Shown one piece after another: positions 17,320 through 35,780 of a stretch of 64,000 bases of DNA. The stretch comes from the human T2T-CHM13v2.0 reference genome, Homo sapiens: assembly GCF_009914755.1 (NCBI RefSeq), contig NC_060936.1; one strand, 5' to 3'. A program made the position numbers and the translations under genes. The stretch's first letter is position 1. Each line of letters opens with the position of its first letter. The notes beneath the pieces were generated by a model. It searched no databases. It had not been told where the DNA came from and saw nothing but the letters and a program-made list of their open reading frames with translations.

Positions 17320-18070
17320 GGAGCCGTGAGCCGTCCCCTTCGCTAACCCCCCACCCCGCCTTCTCCTGCTCCTCCTCTCTTCACTCTTCCTGCCTCTCGG
17401 CTCCGGGGTCTCCTCGCTTCCCCGCAGTCCCCGCCCCCCAGTTCCCAAAGCGGCACCCGGGCCTCGCCTCCTTCCAGCGGAGCCGCGCGCCCTGCGTCCT
17501 GGCCTCCCCGCCCCGAGTCCCCTTCCCTGGAGCCTGGGGGACCGACAGTCGCGGGCCACGCACGCGGTCCCAGCCTCGCCGTCCGCCCCGGGGAGAGCTG
17601 GAAGGTGGGCCCGGATCTCCCACATCACTATGAGCTCATTCCAGCCCCGGCCAAGCAAAGCCTGGCCCTACTCGCTCCACATGCATTTCAGTCTCCTCTC
17701 GCCTTTCATGCGCGGAGGAGCCGGGAGGGAGAGGATGTGACCTCATCTGCGCGGCATCTGAGCCCAGGGGTGCCCCAGCTCTTCCACCCAGGCCGCTCCC
17801 CGAGCCCAGCTCCCCGCGCCCCTCTCTCTATCCAGGAGAGACGCATTGGACAGCCAGGAGGGCTCGACGTGGAAGGAAAGGAAGCTGCAATTCTGGGACA
17901 GGGGCAGACGGGAGAGGAAGTGAACGTGGCTAAACGCTCACTTTATGTAAAACGTCCCCCAAACTAGAATCTCGTCCACAGAGCTGCACACATACACTCG
18001 CACGGGCCCGGCTTGTACTCAGGCAGGCACACTCGCCCCCCGCCGTCCCCACCGCATCCCCCATACCCGT
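17320..18070. promoter_or_regulatory. CpG island / probable promoter or orphan CGI
   Basis: High GC with dense CpG outside any Alu; GC box ccccgccccc at 17429; ETS/PU.1-like gaggaagtgaa at 17914. Confidence 0.8.
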
Positions 18071-18713
18071 CCTAACTCACTCCAGCCCCAATACAACCAA
18101 AAGGCATGAATTCAGGCGAAGGCGTTTTCTTCCCCATTTCCTCCTCATGGCAGCAACGGAAACCTGAATCTCAGAGCTGCCATGGGACCAGGGGGCCAAC
18201 AGACCAGAGGCACCATCCTCAGAGCCCCCGGTCTGCCTGGGACTGGGAGCATGGCTGTGGCGCCCAATGAGAACATAGTGTCCATAGTGACCATGATTCT
18301 TCAAGTGGTGTCTGAATTTCCCACATTAGCTAAATTCCTTTGGGAGCTTCAGGGTTTCCAGTCTTCCAGGGTTTTTGGCTTAAATGCAAGTACCTCTTGG
18401 AAGAATGGCACATGCCCCCATACCCTCAGGGTAATGGGACAAGGAGAAGATGGAGTAGGGGGTGAGGCTCAGAAAGGCAAGGGAAAGTGGCTCTATCTCT
18501 CTCCAAGTCACTTCTCAAACTGTGCAGGGTTTGCAGGAAAGGTGGGTGGTCTACTCCTTCCCTGCTTTTCCTGAGACTCCAGCCAGAGGGTGGGCTCCTA
18601 TCTGGGTTACTGGCGCAATGTCCCTGCCCTCTGGGATCCCTCCTCTAAAAAGTTTGCACATAGCTTCATTCTGTGCTGGGTCCACTTTGTTCAAGTTGGA
18701 GTCACCCAACTAC

Positions 18714-18781
18714 CAATAGAAAATAGCGAATAGAAAATAGAAAATAATAGAAATATAGAAAATAGAAATATACTAATATAG
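18714..18781. repeat. Degenerate (ATAGAAA)n simple repeat
   Basis: aatagaaaatagcgaatagaaaatagaaaataatagaaatatagaaaatag. Confidence 0.8.
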
Positions 18782-18859
18782 CCAAACTGGTGGTTCCCCA
18801 TCACAAATGCTCTCTTCCCCTCTTCCCTGCACACACACACACCCATCACCATCACCACT

Positions 18860-19200
18860 CACCTAGCTGACTCCTCACCTTTCAGGCCTCCATCAAAGAG
18901 GCCTTCACCAACTGTAGTATCTAAAATTGCCCTGCTCAGTGTCTGTTATATTACCCTGTCAGTTTCCTTCCAGGAATGTCATTATTTGATCTTGTTTACT
19001 TATTTTGTTTACTTATTTATTTACTTATTATCTGCAGTGCTACCATCACCTCCCCCTACCAAAACCCCTTCCGAACACACCCAGCTCACAAGTACATGAG
19101 TTCTACAGGCAAAGAGACTTGGCCAGTGTCACTCACCATTTGTAAAGTTGCAGGATGGGCCTGGCGCCCAGGAAGTTCACATCTGAATATGTCAACAAAG
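18860..19200 (+). mobile_element. L2 3' fragment
   Basis: cacctagctgactcct...agaggccttc; acatgagttctacaggcaaagagact...cctggcgcccaggaag. Confidence 0.55.
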
Positions 19201-19278
19201 GAAGAAATGCTAGGTGTTTGTGATACCTGGTGCCCTCTGCTTCCTTCTGTGTTAAAGCTTTCCTAATAATCCAAAGTA

Positions 19279-19573
19279 TTTTTTGTTTTTTGAGATGGAA
19301 TCTCAGTCTGTCGCCCAGGCTTCAGTACAGTGGTGTGATCTTGACTTGCTGCATCCTCCGCCTCCCAGGTTCAAGTGATTATCTTGCCTCAGCCTCCCAA
19401 GTAGCTGGAATTACAGGTGCGCACCACCACGCCCAGCTAATTTTTCTATTTTTAGTAGAGATGGGGTTTCACCATGTTGGCCGGGTTGGTCTCGAACTCC
19501 TGACCTCAAGTGATCTGCCTACCTTGGCCTTTCAAAGTGCTGGGATTACAGGAGTGTGCCACCGCGCCTGGCC
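19279..19573 (-). mobile_element. AluSx/Sz
   Basis: Full dimer in antisense. Confidence 0.95.
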
Positions 19574-20779
19574 AAATTATTATTTATAGTATATAAACAT
19601 ATATTAACATATAATACCTATTATATGTAATATATAATTATATATACATATATACACACAATATGTAAGTATATAACATACAATTATCAGTGTCTGTCAT
19701 CTGTATTAGACTGTGAGCCACTCCAGGCTGCTAACGTTTTCTGATACCTCTTGAGCTCAGCGTCTAGCCTAGTGGCTGGCAGAAAGTAAATGTTCAAGAG
19801 TTTATCAACCTATTTGTTTGCTGTACAATGATGAGAAAAGTATTGATTTTGAATAGTAGGAAAGTGATAAATCTTACATTTGTACAGCTCTTAAAAGACT
19901 GCTAAGTTCCTCCATGCCATTTCATTCCCATGACTGTAAAACGTAAGCATAACATAGCATTCTCCCTCCTCTAGAGATGAGCAGACTAAGTCTGCAGAAG
20001 GCTGAGTGATTTCTCCAGGGCATGAATTAGTAGGAGAAGAGCACTGAAATGTTCAATAGTAACTGTAGAACTGACTTATTTCTTCTTTCAGTTCTATCAC
20101 ATTTTGCTTTGTGTATTTTGAAACTCTGTTAGCATAAGTTCGTTTAACACTGTAGAATTAGGATGGACTCATGCTACTTCTCATGGCTTTCCTTCCAGCT
20201 TTGTTTTGTGGTGGGTTTTCCAATCCCATAACATTTAGTTCATGCATTTCCTCTTAATAGCTTTCCCTGATTTCCTCAGCAGAGATAATCTCCCTGCAAT
20301 CATATTCTGGTTATGCCTTGTATACACACCTTTATTATCTTCACAATTTTACTCCGATTATTTGTATTTGTGCATGTTTTCTCCACTGGATCATGTACTC
20401 TTCTCAAGATAAGACTGTGAATTATTTATGTATACCTGTCCTATTCCTAGTACAACACAGAGTACCTTTTAGGTACTTAAATCAACTCTTAATTGACTTT
20501 GTTCTCCATATCATAAGAAGCATAAGAATAGCACCCAGAAGAAATACATGACAGACCAATGCACTGGAAGCCACTTTCAACACGACCTAGGAAAGCATGT
20601 CATGTTGTGAGGGTTGCCTGCCTCAGCCTTCTGCTCAGGGACATGGGTGTGGTCCCCAAAATCAATGGCTCGTCCTGTGCTCTACTTACAGTCTCCCTTT
20701 ACCACCTCAGAGCCTACCTCCCTTCTTTACCTGGCCAATACTAAGTCCCTAGTGTGGGAGAGGTTCTTCGCTTTTGTGT

Positions 20780-22800
<2,021 letters not shown>

Positions 22801-23204
22801 GAGGAATGCAAGTAGGTTGTGAGCTCCATTTGAGGGCTTCTATGTTTTCCCTCTGAAGTCAGAGTTGACATCACCAGCGGAGAGTCATCGTGGAAGTGGA
22901 AACATCCTGAGGGTTGAGGGGAAGTGAATAATCTTTGTGAGAGAAAGTGACTGTCTTGCTCTAGTTCTCACAACTGGTAAGTTTGGGTCCTTCTGTGTGT
23001 TCTAGTAATCCCTCTTCTCTCCTTCAAAGGGCAATTGGATTTCTAAGCGACAGACCACTGAGTATGTAGCACTTCCTACACCTTGCAGAAAAAGCCTTGA
23101 ATTGGAGTCAGGAAGCCTGAGTAGAATCCCAGCCCTACCACTTCCTAACCTGGATTGAAGATAAACACCAGGGCATGAGGGGCCAGGAGGACAATGCCAA
23201 ATAC

Positions 23205-23516
<312 letters not shown>

Positions 23517-24304
23517 TTACCCACGGCCTCTATACCATCTTCAGTGCTGAGTACTTGGCCCTTATCTCTGCCTCTCAATTCCAGTCGCCAACAGTTTTCT
23601 CTGAAAGTGTTCAATCTCCAGGACGTTACCACTCCCATATACTGAGTATCAGTAATTCTCTATTGTTCATGCCCAAAGCTTTCATTTCAAGGACTTGGCT
23701 TCGTTCTGATACTCATCCTCTCTCACCAATGTTAGACAGAAAATAAGGAGTCGTTTTCCTCTGGCCTCTACCTTTTAAACCCAGTCAGGTGGCAAGGTCT
23801 AGGGGACATCACAAGAGTCAGGCAGCAAATTCAGGCGAAGGCAGTGCTATCTGCTGAGTGAGCCCAGAGAAGGTATTCTCTCTGATCTTTCCCATTTGGA
23901 CTGAGAATAATACCGTGCTCTTCAGACGGCTGATGAGAATCTGTTGGCCTCCAGATTGACATCATTCTTTGGCCTCCAGAAGGGGTGACATCTAAAGATT
24001 CCAGACAAATGAATAACTGAACATGCAGCCCACTGCCTTGCAGGAAAGATCTTAGCTCCTCTATCTCTTGCTAAAGTGAAAATGCATCTTCTTTTTTTCG
24101 TCTTTTCTCTGTGCACACGGGAGTTTCTTCTTCTCTTTTCAGAATCACACCATGTCTGTCTCAGACTTCTACTTCTATTCTCCTATTTGCCCATTGTTCC
24201 TTTCAATTTAGTTTTGGTCCACGAACGGCAATACTAATGCTATGTAACGAGATAGAAAAACTTGGATTCTCCAGAATTTCTCTTAGGAGGGAAATTGTAC
24301 TTTA

Positions 24305-24654
24305 ATAAATAGATATAGGTGGTACAAGTGCACTTGTGTTACATGGATATATTGCATAGTGGAAAGTCTGGGCTTTTAGTGTAGCCATCACCCAAATTGC
24401 GTACGTTGTACCCAATGGGTAATTTTTCCTCCGTCACCCCCTCCCACCCTCCCACCTTTTGCAGCCTCCAGTGTCTGTTATGCTACTCTGTACGTCCGTG
24501 TGTACCCAGTGTTAGCGCTAACTTGTGAGTGAGAATATGCAGTATTTGACTTTCTGTTTCTGAGTTATTTCATTTAGGAGAGTATCCTCCAGTTTCATCC
24601 ATGTTGCTGCAAAAGGCATGATTTCATTCTGTTTTGTGGCTGAATAGTATTCCA

Positions 24655-24688
<34 letters not shown>

Positions 24689-25325
24689 TATTTATACCAT
24701 ATCTAGTATTGATATATTAATTATTAATAAATAAATAATTAATAATTGATACATTAATATATACTATCTATTTATATGGTATTAATAGTATTATAACATA
24801 TAAATATAGTATATTCATATATTACAGTATACTAATATATGGTAATATATAAATACAGTATATGTTAATGAGTATCAAGTATTAATTATTAATAATTACT
24901 ATATTAATACTATATAGAGTTAATGCTATACTTTAGTACTAATATTAATTCTAATTATTTAGTATACTAAAGTATTAGTATTAATTCTACTATATACATA
25001 TAGTATATATATACATATATACATATATATACACATATTATATATATGTATATAGTACATATATACATATAGTATATATAACATTCTATATACTATATGT
25101 ACTATATATTATATACCAATTAGTATTACTATACTAATTAATATTAATACTAACATTAATATTGGTACTAATTAGTATTAGCAATATACTATTAATTAGT
25201 ATCGTAATCCTAATTAATACTAAGTACTATATTGGTACCTATATTAATATTAATATTATATATATACACACCATGGAATACTAACTGTGGTATATACATA
25301 TATATACACACACATATATAAATAA

Positions 25326-25363
<38 letters not shown>

Positions 25364-25500
25364 CACATTTTTTGTATCCACATTTTCTGTACCTTCTGAA
25401 TCTGTTGCTGGACACTTACATTGATTCCATGACTTTGCTATTGTGAATAGTGCTGCAATAAACATATGAATGCAGGTGTCTTTTTTACTATAATCATTAG
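24305..25500 (-). mobile_element. L1PB (L1PB4-like) 3' end, split by an AT-rich expansion
   Basis: gtctgggcttttagtgtagccatcacc, gtgagaatatgcagtatttgac; resumes at caccacatttttt...tgctattgtgaatagtgctgc. Confidence 0.85.
24657..25362. repeat. (GT)n microsatellite, AT-rich low-complexity block and (TA)n
   Basis: Direct reading. Confidence 0.95.
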
Positions 25501-25784
25501 TTTTCCTTTAGGGAAACTGTAGTTTTTGACAGGTGCTTGGGCCTGAATATGGGTAGAACTGTTTGTCACAGGTCAAGGTAAATAATATGCTATTGTCCAT
25601 TGCTCAGGGGAAAGGAAAAGAGAGGAGAGAGGATGAAGTCTCTGCTTGCCCTAAATTCTCATGAAAAATACCTCACTCGCAAAATAGTTGGGTCTCTCTG
25701 GATATTTTTGTGGAAAACAGGGTAGGGGCACAGACACAAGATTGTTAAGGCAAAGAGAAATATGATCAATATCAAGATTCTATG

Positions 25785-26279
25785 GAAGTTTATTATCTAC
25801 TGTGTGACAAATTACTCAAAACTTAGTGGCTTAAAACAGTTTGTTTTTATAATCTCACTGTTTCTGTGAGTCAGGAGTCTGGCACGGCTGAGCTGAGTCC
25901 TCTGTCTCAAGGTCCCTTTACAAGGAGACAGTCAAGATGTTGCCAAGGCTGGGGCCTCATCAGAAAACTCTACGGAAGAACAATCCTCTTCCAAACGCAG
26001 ACGTTGTTGGAGATCTTTATCTTCTCTGGTTGCTGGCCAGAGGCTACCCTTGGTTCCTTGCCATGTGGACCCATCCAGTAGAGTCCACTAGCAAGAGAGA
26101 AGTCAAAATATCTTGTAACCTAATCACAGAAGTGATGTCCCTTCAACTTTGCCATATTGTATTGATTAAAATTAAGTCAATAGGTCCAGCTCCTACTCAA
26201 GCAGAGGGAGTTCTATACAAGGACAGGAATACCAAGAGGCAGGAGTCACTGGGGCCACCTTGGAAGTCTTCCTATCACA
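25785..26279 (-). mobile_element. MaLR LTR (MLT1F/G-like)
   Basis: aaaacttagtggcttaaaaca, tttctgtgagtcaggagtctgg, ccttcaactttgccatatt, ends tatcaca. Confidence 0.8.
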
Positions 26280-26384
26280 GGTAAGGTCTAGATTTTCACA
26301 GGTTGTGGAATAGGGGTTCAAGCCAAATATAATCATGTCTTAGAAAGGTACAGTGGCCCCAGCTTACCCGTGGCTTTTAAAAAG

Positions 26385-26600
26385 CTACCATTAGTTGGCA
26401 CAATTATGTGCCAGCCGCTGTGTTATACACATGCATTTCTCTTTTAATGTACAAAATAGTGTTAAAAATACTGTTTTCATCATGCAGATGTAAGATGAGG
26501 AAAGGAAGTCGTGGATTAAGTAATTTGACCAGGGTACAAAGCCAGTTAGTGGCAGGGCCAGGACACAAGCACAGGTTTGTCTACCTCCAGACCTGTGCCA
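26385..26600 (-). mobile_element. MIR
   Basis: gatgaggaaaggaag...attaagtaatttgaccagggtaca...agtggcagggccagga. Confidence 0.65.
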
Positions 26601-26689
26601 TGAAAGATTAATCTGTGCTCTCCTTTCAGCCAGTTCTATGCACTAGACTCTGCTGCTTACCGTGCCTCACCTATGGGTACCAAACTCTG

Positions 26690-27060
26690 GATCAGTTAAA
26701 AAAGAGTTTGGCTTTAATAATCAATAACTTGTTAAATAAGAAGGCTTAAATAAAAGCTTACGAGATAGGCAGTCCAGGGCTTGTGTCAGTAGCTTCACAA
26801 TTTCATCAGCATCCCAGGCTCCTTCCGTCTTTTAGTTCTACGAACTTCAGTGTGAGCAGATGACTGCTGCAGCTCCTGGGGTCTTGTCTACATCTAGGCA
26901 GAAAGAACAGAGCCATTTTCTTCTTTTGTAGCTTTGTCTTTTTATTCAAAAAAGAGACCCTCTCCAAGCAGATCTGCACATATATCGCATGGGGTAGAAA
27001 TGGTGCTGTCTTACTCTCCCTAGTTGCAAAGGATGTTGAGATGGCTACAATTTTAGCTCT
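26690..27060 (-). mobile_element. Old MaLR LTR (MLT1J/K-like)
   Basis: taggcagtccagggct, cccaggctccttccgtctt, agatgactgctgcagctcc. Confidence 0.55.
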
Positions 27061-27105
27061 CCAACTTCTATTAAAGAAAGAGAAGGATTACAGATAAATG
27101 GGGGC

Positions 27106-27518
27106 TGATATAGTCTCTATGTTAGTCCCTCCAAATCTCATATTGAAATGTGATCCCCAGTTTTGGAGTTGGGGTCTGCTGGGAGATATTTCAGTCGTGG
27201 GAGCAGATCCCTCTTGAAAGGCTTGGTGCCATCCTCAGAGCAATGAGTGACTTCCCTCTCTATCAGTCCCCACAACATCTGATTGTTAAAAAGAGCCTGG
27301 CACCCCCTCCCCTCTCTGTTTTTTCCTCTATTGCCATTGGATGCTTGCTCTCCTTCCCCTTTCACCAAGAGTAAAGCAATCTGAGGCCCTCACCGGAAGC
27401 ACATGCTGGCACCATGCTTCTTACAGTCTGCAGAGCTGTGAGTCAAATGAACTTCTTTTCTTCATAAATTACCCAGCCTTAGGTATTCCTTTATAGCAAC
27501 ACAAAATGGTCTAAGACA
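27106..27518 (+). mobile_element. MSTB-like MaLR solo LTR
   Basis: TG...CA termini, ccaaatctcatattgaaatgtgatcccc, aaattacccagcc; perfect 5-bp TSD ggggc. Confidence 0.9.
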
Positions 27519-27612
27519 GGGGCTCGCCAATTCATACTGGTGTTAAACAGATTCTGTTGATTACGGACCTCCCTGCTCCCCATATTAATGATGAAGAAAT
27601 AGGTATAATTAA

Positions 27613-27989
<377 letters not shown>

Positions 27990-28600
27990 TGATAGCACTT
28001 ACATTCTGTTCTGAAACCACAAGTCATACACTTTTAAAATTGTATTCTATATTTAAATTTTTTCAACATAGCTTTTTCATTTATCTTTTTGTGAATAAAT
28101 ATTATGTGAAACCATATAAAATTGCTGATATTTGACCACTGTTGCTCAGAAAAATGCCTATTTCATATGCTTAATCTAATAGATATTCAAGAAGGTTTGT
28201 TAAGCAGTATTTTTTTGTATTTTGTATATATTTTGTATATTTACAAAATTGCATATGATTAAAAATATCTGTCAGTGCTTTTATATGAAATGACAGCTCT
28301 TTGTTTATACTGTTCTTGTGTGACACCATTTCCTTGAGGTTTTATAGACCTTGCTTCACTTTCCTCTAATGTAAGAATTTTTTTTGTTGAAGTCTCAGCC
28401 AGCCTGATAGTATTTTTCCTCATAGGTAACTTGAATTTTTGTTTGGATGCCCATAACATTATTTATTATTTTTATCATTTTTCTGATTTAAAAAATCCTT
28501 AATCCTAGAATTCCAGTAAATTTGCTGAGATACATATCAATTTAGATAGTTCATTATCAAATATTTTCCTGGAACATAATTTGTCCAGGAAATTGTGGGA

Positions 28601-28897
<297 letters not shown>

Positions 28898-29094
28898 TTA
28901 GAGAGTTTGAGAAAGTGGAATAGCTGAAATTCAGCCCTAGTTCCTTCTGACTCAATAATAAACTTCCATTACTTACTGCTTTCAAAAGTTTCCATCAAAG
29001 TACCCCTAAACAGCAGAAGAGAATGGATAGCAGCTATCTCTGGAAGATATGTCTCAAGAGAACAACAAAAAGATCAATAATTCTTAGGTGATTG

Positions 29095-29162
29095 GTAGAT
29101 GATAGATAGATAGATAAATAGATAGATGATAGATAAGATAGATAAATAATGGATTAGATAGT
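29095..29162. repeat. (GATA)n tetranucleotide repeat, imperfect
   Basis: gatgatagatagatagataaatagatagatgatagat. Confidence 0.9.
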
Positions 29163-29554
29163 ATTTCAAAAACCTATCAAATGATGATAATTATAATCAT
29201 TTTGTGTATTGATTATCCTGCAATATTGCAAAATTCTCATTAATTTTAAAAAATATCCATCAATAAGAGACTGCTGAAACAAATTATGAAGTAGCATTAA
29301 TATGAATTATAATCAGCTGTGATGAAACAAACCATAAGGAAAGTTTTGATGTACTTCTATAGAAACAACGCCAAGATACATTGTTACACACAAAAAATTG
29401 CTGTGCAGAAGAGTGTGTATTCTATCTTCCTGTTTTCACATTAAAATTTCATCTGGAAAGATATAAAAGACTAATAACAGTGGTTTTCTATTTGGAGTAG
29501 AAGGGAATTTGTGAGAATAAATGGGAGGGGAACCTTTCACATTATACATTTTAA

Positions 29555-29857
<303 letters not shown>

Positions 29858-30472
29858 TTTATGCATTAGCTCTTAAATAAACAACACTAAAGAAATACCA
29901 AGTGTGTGGACAGACAGAAAATATCTTTGGGATGGAAGATTTGATATGCATATTTAGTATGATTCCAATAAAATCTCCAGAGATTTCCACCTTCTGGCCA
30001 TGATGGAATGCATGGAAGCAAATTTGCCCCATCTCTATAAGCAACTAGAAAGCTAGATTAAATGTATGGAACAAGTTTTCACATATTAAACAACAGGTAG
30101 TGCAAGACTTTCATCCTTGAGAGAAAGAAAATAATGAGGTAAGCCCTGCAATTTCCCTGGTTTCTATCTGAACCACAGCACAAAGAAGAGGAACAGGGTT
30201 TGGGGAGGTTGAGGTGGCTGGAGTTTGTGGGGCAGAATATTGATAAGAGGAAGTTCTGTAGAGAAAGAACTCCAATATCTACATAGCGATTCCTTTGAGT
30301 CTTTGGTTGAATACTAAGCTGTACATGTATAGAATAAAACTTCATGAGACCAGATAAAGAAAACCACCAGGAAAGAACGACTACTGGACACTGGGAGCCG
30401 ATAAGTCTCAGTGCCCATTCAGAGCTGGGAGACATTAAGCCTCCACCAATAAGGGTAAAGAAATCTCATTTA

Positions 30473-31123
<651 letters not shown>

Positions 31124-32503
31124 TTAATACCCGAGATTTTAATCCCCAGCAGGGTCATGTTTTAGTAGTAGGGTTAAATTCATCCTAGTGAAAAGCTTAC
31201 TTCAGATTTACCTTAACAAAGCTTAAAAACAAGTCCAGAAAGGATCAAGCTGATCCACAAATAACTAAACTGTCTGACAAAACTAACTGAAACACTCTTA
31301 AAGGAGGACTACACAATCCAGCACTCAACGACTTTGTCATCACGACGTACCCATTCAATCCAATTCTACTAGACATGTCAAGAAGCAAGAAAATATGACT
31401 CATAGCCAGGAAAAAAATTAGTCAGTAGAAGGAGATCCAGGAACAGCAGATACGATGAGATTAGCCATTGAGGCCATCACAGCATCTGTTTTAAATATCA
31501 AATTTAAAGGAAAAGATAAATAGAATGAATAAAGAAATGGAAGATGTAAAAATGAACTAAGTAACTTGTATAGCTTAGAGCTTAGAAATACAATATCTGA
31601 AAATAAAAATTCACTGGAGAGACTAAATGCAGATTAAGCACAGCAAAAACAAAACCAAAAACCAAAAACCAAAAACAACCCTCAGTGAAGATCAGTGTAA
31701 AGATTTTAAAACACTGGCAAAAAAGGAGCAGATCCTCAGTGACCACCACCATCACCATATCAAAAAGCCCAACACTACAGTTTCAGAAAGGGGATGAGAG
31801 GCTGAAAGTATGTGAAGAAATAATAGTCAAAAATGTTCCAAATTTGATGGAAAGTATGAACTCACAGATCCATGAATCTCAGCAAACTCCAAGCTAAACA
31901 AAAACAAACACACACACACACAACAACAACAACAACAAATAAAACCACGCAGGGCACATTATAATTAAATTGCTAAAAATCAGTGAAGAGGAGAAAATAT
32001 TCAAAACAACTAGAGAGTGGGGTTGGGGTGAAAGGAGAGGGATCACTTATTGTCAGAAATAGTACAGGTCGGAAGACAACAGAACTACATATTAATATTT
32101 AGAGTGCAATTTAGATGAAGAAGAAGGAGGGGAGGGGGAGGAGAAAAATTAGTAAAATCCACATTGTATTTAGAAATTTCAAAACTACTTCAGTAATCAA
32201 TACAACAAACAGGAAATCAGCAAGACAATATAAGAACTGAGCAACCTATGAACTCACTTACCCTAATTGATATTTATAGAACACTCTACTAAATCTAAAA
32301 TAAACATTCTTTTCAAATGCACATGGAACATTCACCAAGACAGATCATATTCTAGGCCATAAAGAAACACTATTAAGCTTTAAAAAAAAATGTAGATCTT
32401 GTATACTCCTGAGCTCAGGTGATCTGCCCACCTTGGATATTCTCTGTTCACAACAGAATTAAAATAGAAATCAATAACAGAAAGATATCTGAAAAAAAAT
32501 TTT

Positions 32504-33567
<1,064 letters not shown>

Positions 33568-34078
33568 TTAAATAGTTGGAAATTAAGCAATATATTTCTA
33601 AATAATATATGGATCAAAGGAGATCTCAAGGAAAACTAGAAAATAGTTTGGACTAAATAAAATAAAATACGACATATCCAAATTTGTAGGATGTAGTTAA
33701 AGCAGTGCTCAGAAGGAAATGTATAGCATTTAAATGCTTGTGTTAACAAGAAGAAGATAATAAACTCAACGAAAATCAGTATAATTAAAAACAAAAAAGA
33801 AAGCCAATAAAACCAAAAATGCGTACTTTGAAGGGATCAATAAAATGGATAAACCTCAAGTCATACTGAAAAAGAAATATGAGAGAAGACATAAATTACC
33901 AGTATTGGGGAGGAAAAAGGAATTATGTCACCACAACTCTGAAGATACTAAAAGAATAATAAAGGAATGCTTCAAACAAACCTATGCCCATAGATTCTAC
34001 AGTTTAAAAGAAATGACATACTTCTTGAAAGCCACAAACTACCAAAACTCACCCAAAAGAAACAGATTCCTTGAATAG

Positions 34079-34707
<629 letters not shown>

Positions 34708-35484
34708 AGAAATTGAATTTGTACTTAAAAACCTTCCCAGAAATAAAACTTTAGGCCCAAATGATTTTTCTGCTGAATTATATCAAATGTTTAGAGAATA
34801 CCAATTATACACAATTTCTCCAGAAAATAGAAGGAAACATTTCCCAACTCATTTTGTGAGCCAAACATTATTCTGATACCAAAATCAGACAAATGAATTT
34901 CAAGAAAACTACAGACCCATATCCCTCATGAACATAGATGAGAAAATCCTGATCAAATTCAGCAATATATAAAAGGGATAACAATACAACATTTTACAAT
35001 AGAAGTGAGGATTATACTAGGAATGCAATGCTGGTTCAGCATTGATAGTCACTGAATATAATTTACCATATTAAAAGACAGAAACATATTAACAGAAGAA
35101 AAAAAATGATTATCTCGATCGATGCAGAAAATTTAACTCCTAAGCACAGCAAAGAAAACCTCAAACCCAACCTTACCAATGAATATCATGAACACCAAAG
35201 CAAACATTCTAAATAAAACATTAACAAATAGAAACCAGAAGCACATTAAAAATATACTATACCGTGACTAAATATATTATACTACGACTGGAGTCAATTT
35301 AGGAAATGTAAGGATGGTCCAAAATTAGGATATCTGCTAATGCAGTTTACCATATTAATAGAGCAAAGACTAAATATTGTCTTTCTTATAGATACTAAAC
35401 AGGCATTTGAAGAAATTTATCTGTCAATAAAACAGAAAAAAATGGAAATACATTTAACATGAGAAGTCATTACGTATATAACTA

Positions 35485-35780
35485 CTTATTCAAGAAATAC
35501 TTGAGTACCTGCTATGTGAGAGACACGATTCTGGGTGTTGCAGTATAGTGCTAAACAAACAGACAAGAAATTCTTATCCTCATTGTCCTTGCCTTTTAAA
35601 GGCAGTAATAAACACACAAATAGTGTGTGCCTGGTGGTTATAAGTGTTAATAAAGCAGGTAAAAACATAAAATGTGCTACAGGTGATTGGAGGAAGGCTA
35701 TTTTTTTATATGCTGTTTAGGGATTACTGCTAAAGTGACATTTGAGAAGAAACGGAAGGAAATGACAGTGATAGCTTGAT
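35485..35780 (-). mobile_element. L2 3' fragment
   Basis: ttattcaagaaatacttgagtacctgctatgtg. Confidence 0.7.

Noticed and set aside
17248-17967. Long GC-rich ORFs over the CpG island
   Set aside because: Expected from stop-codon scarcity in GC-rich DNA; low-complexity G/R/P content and no recognisable domain.
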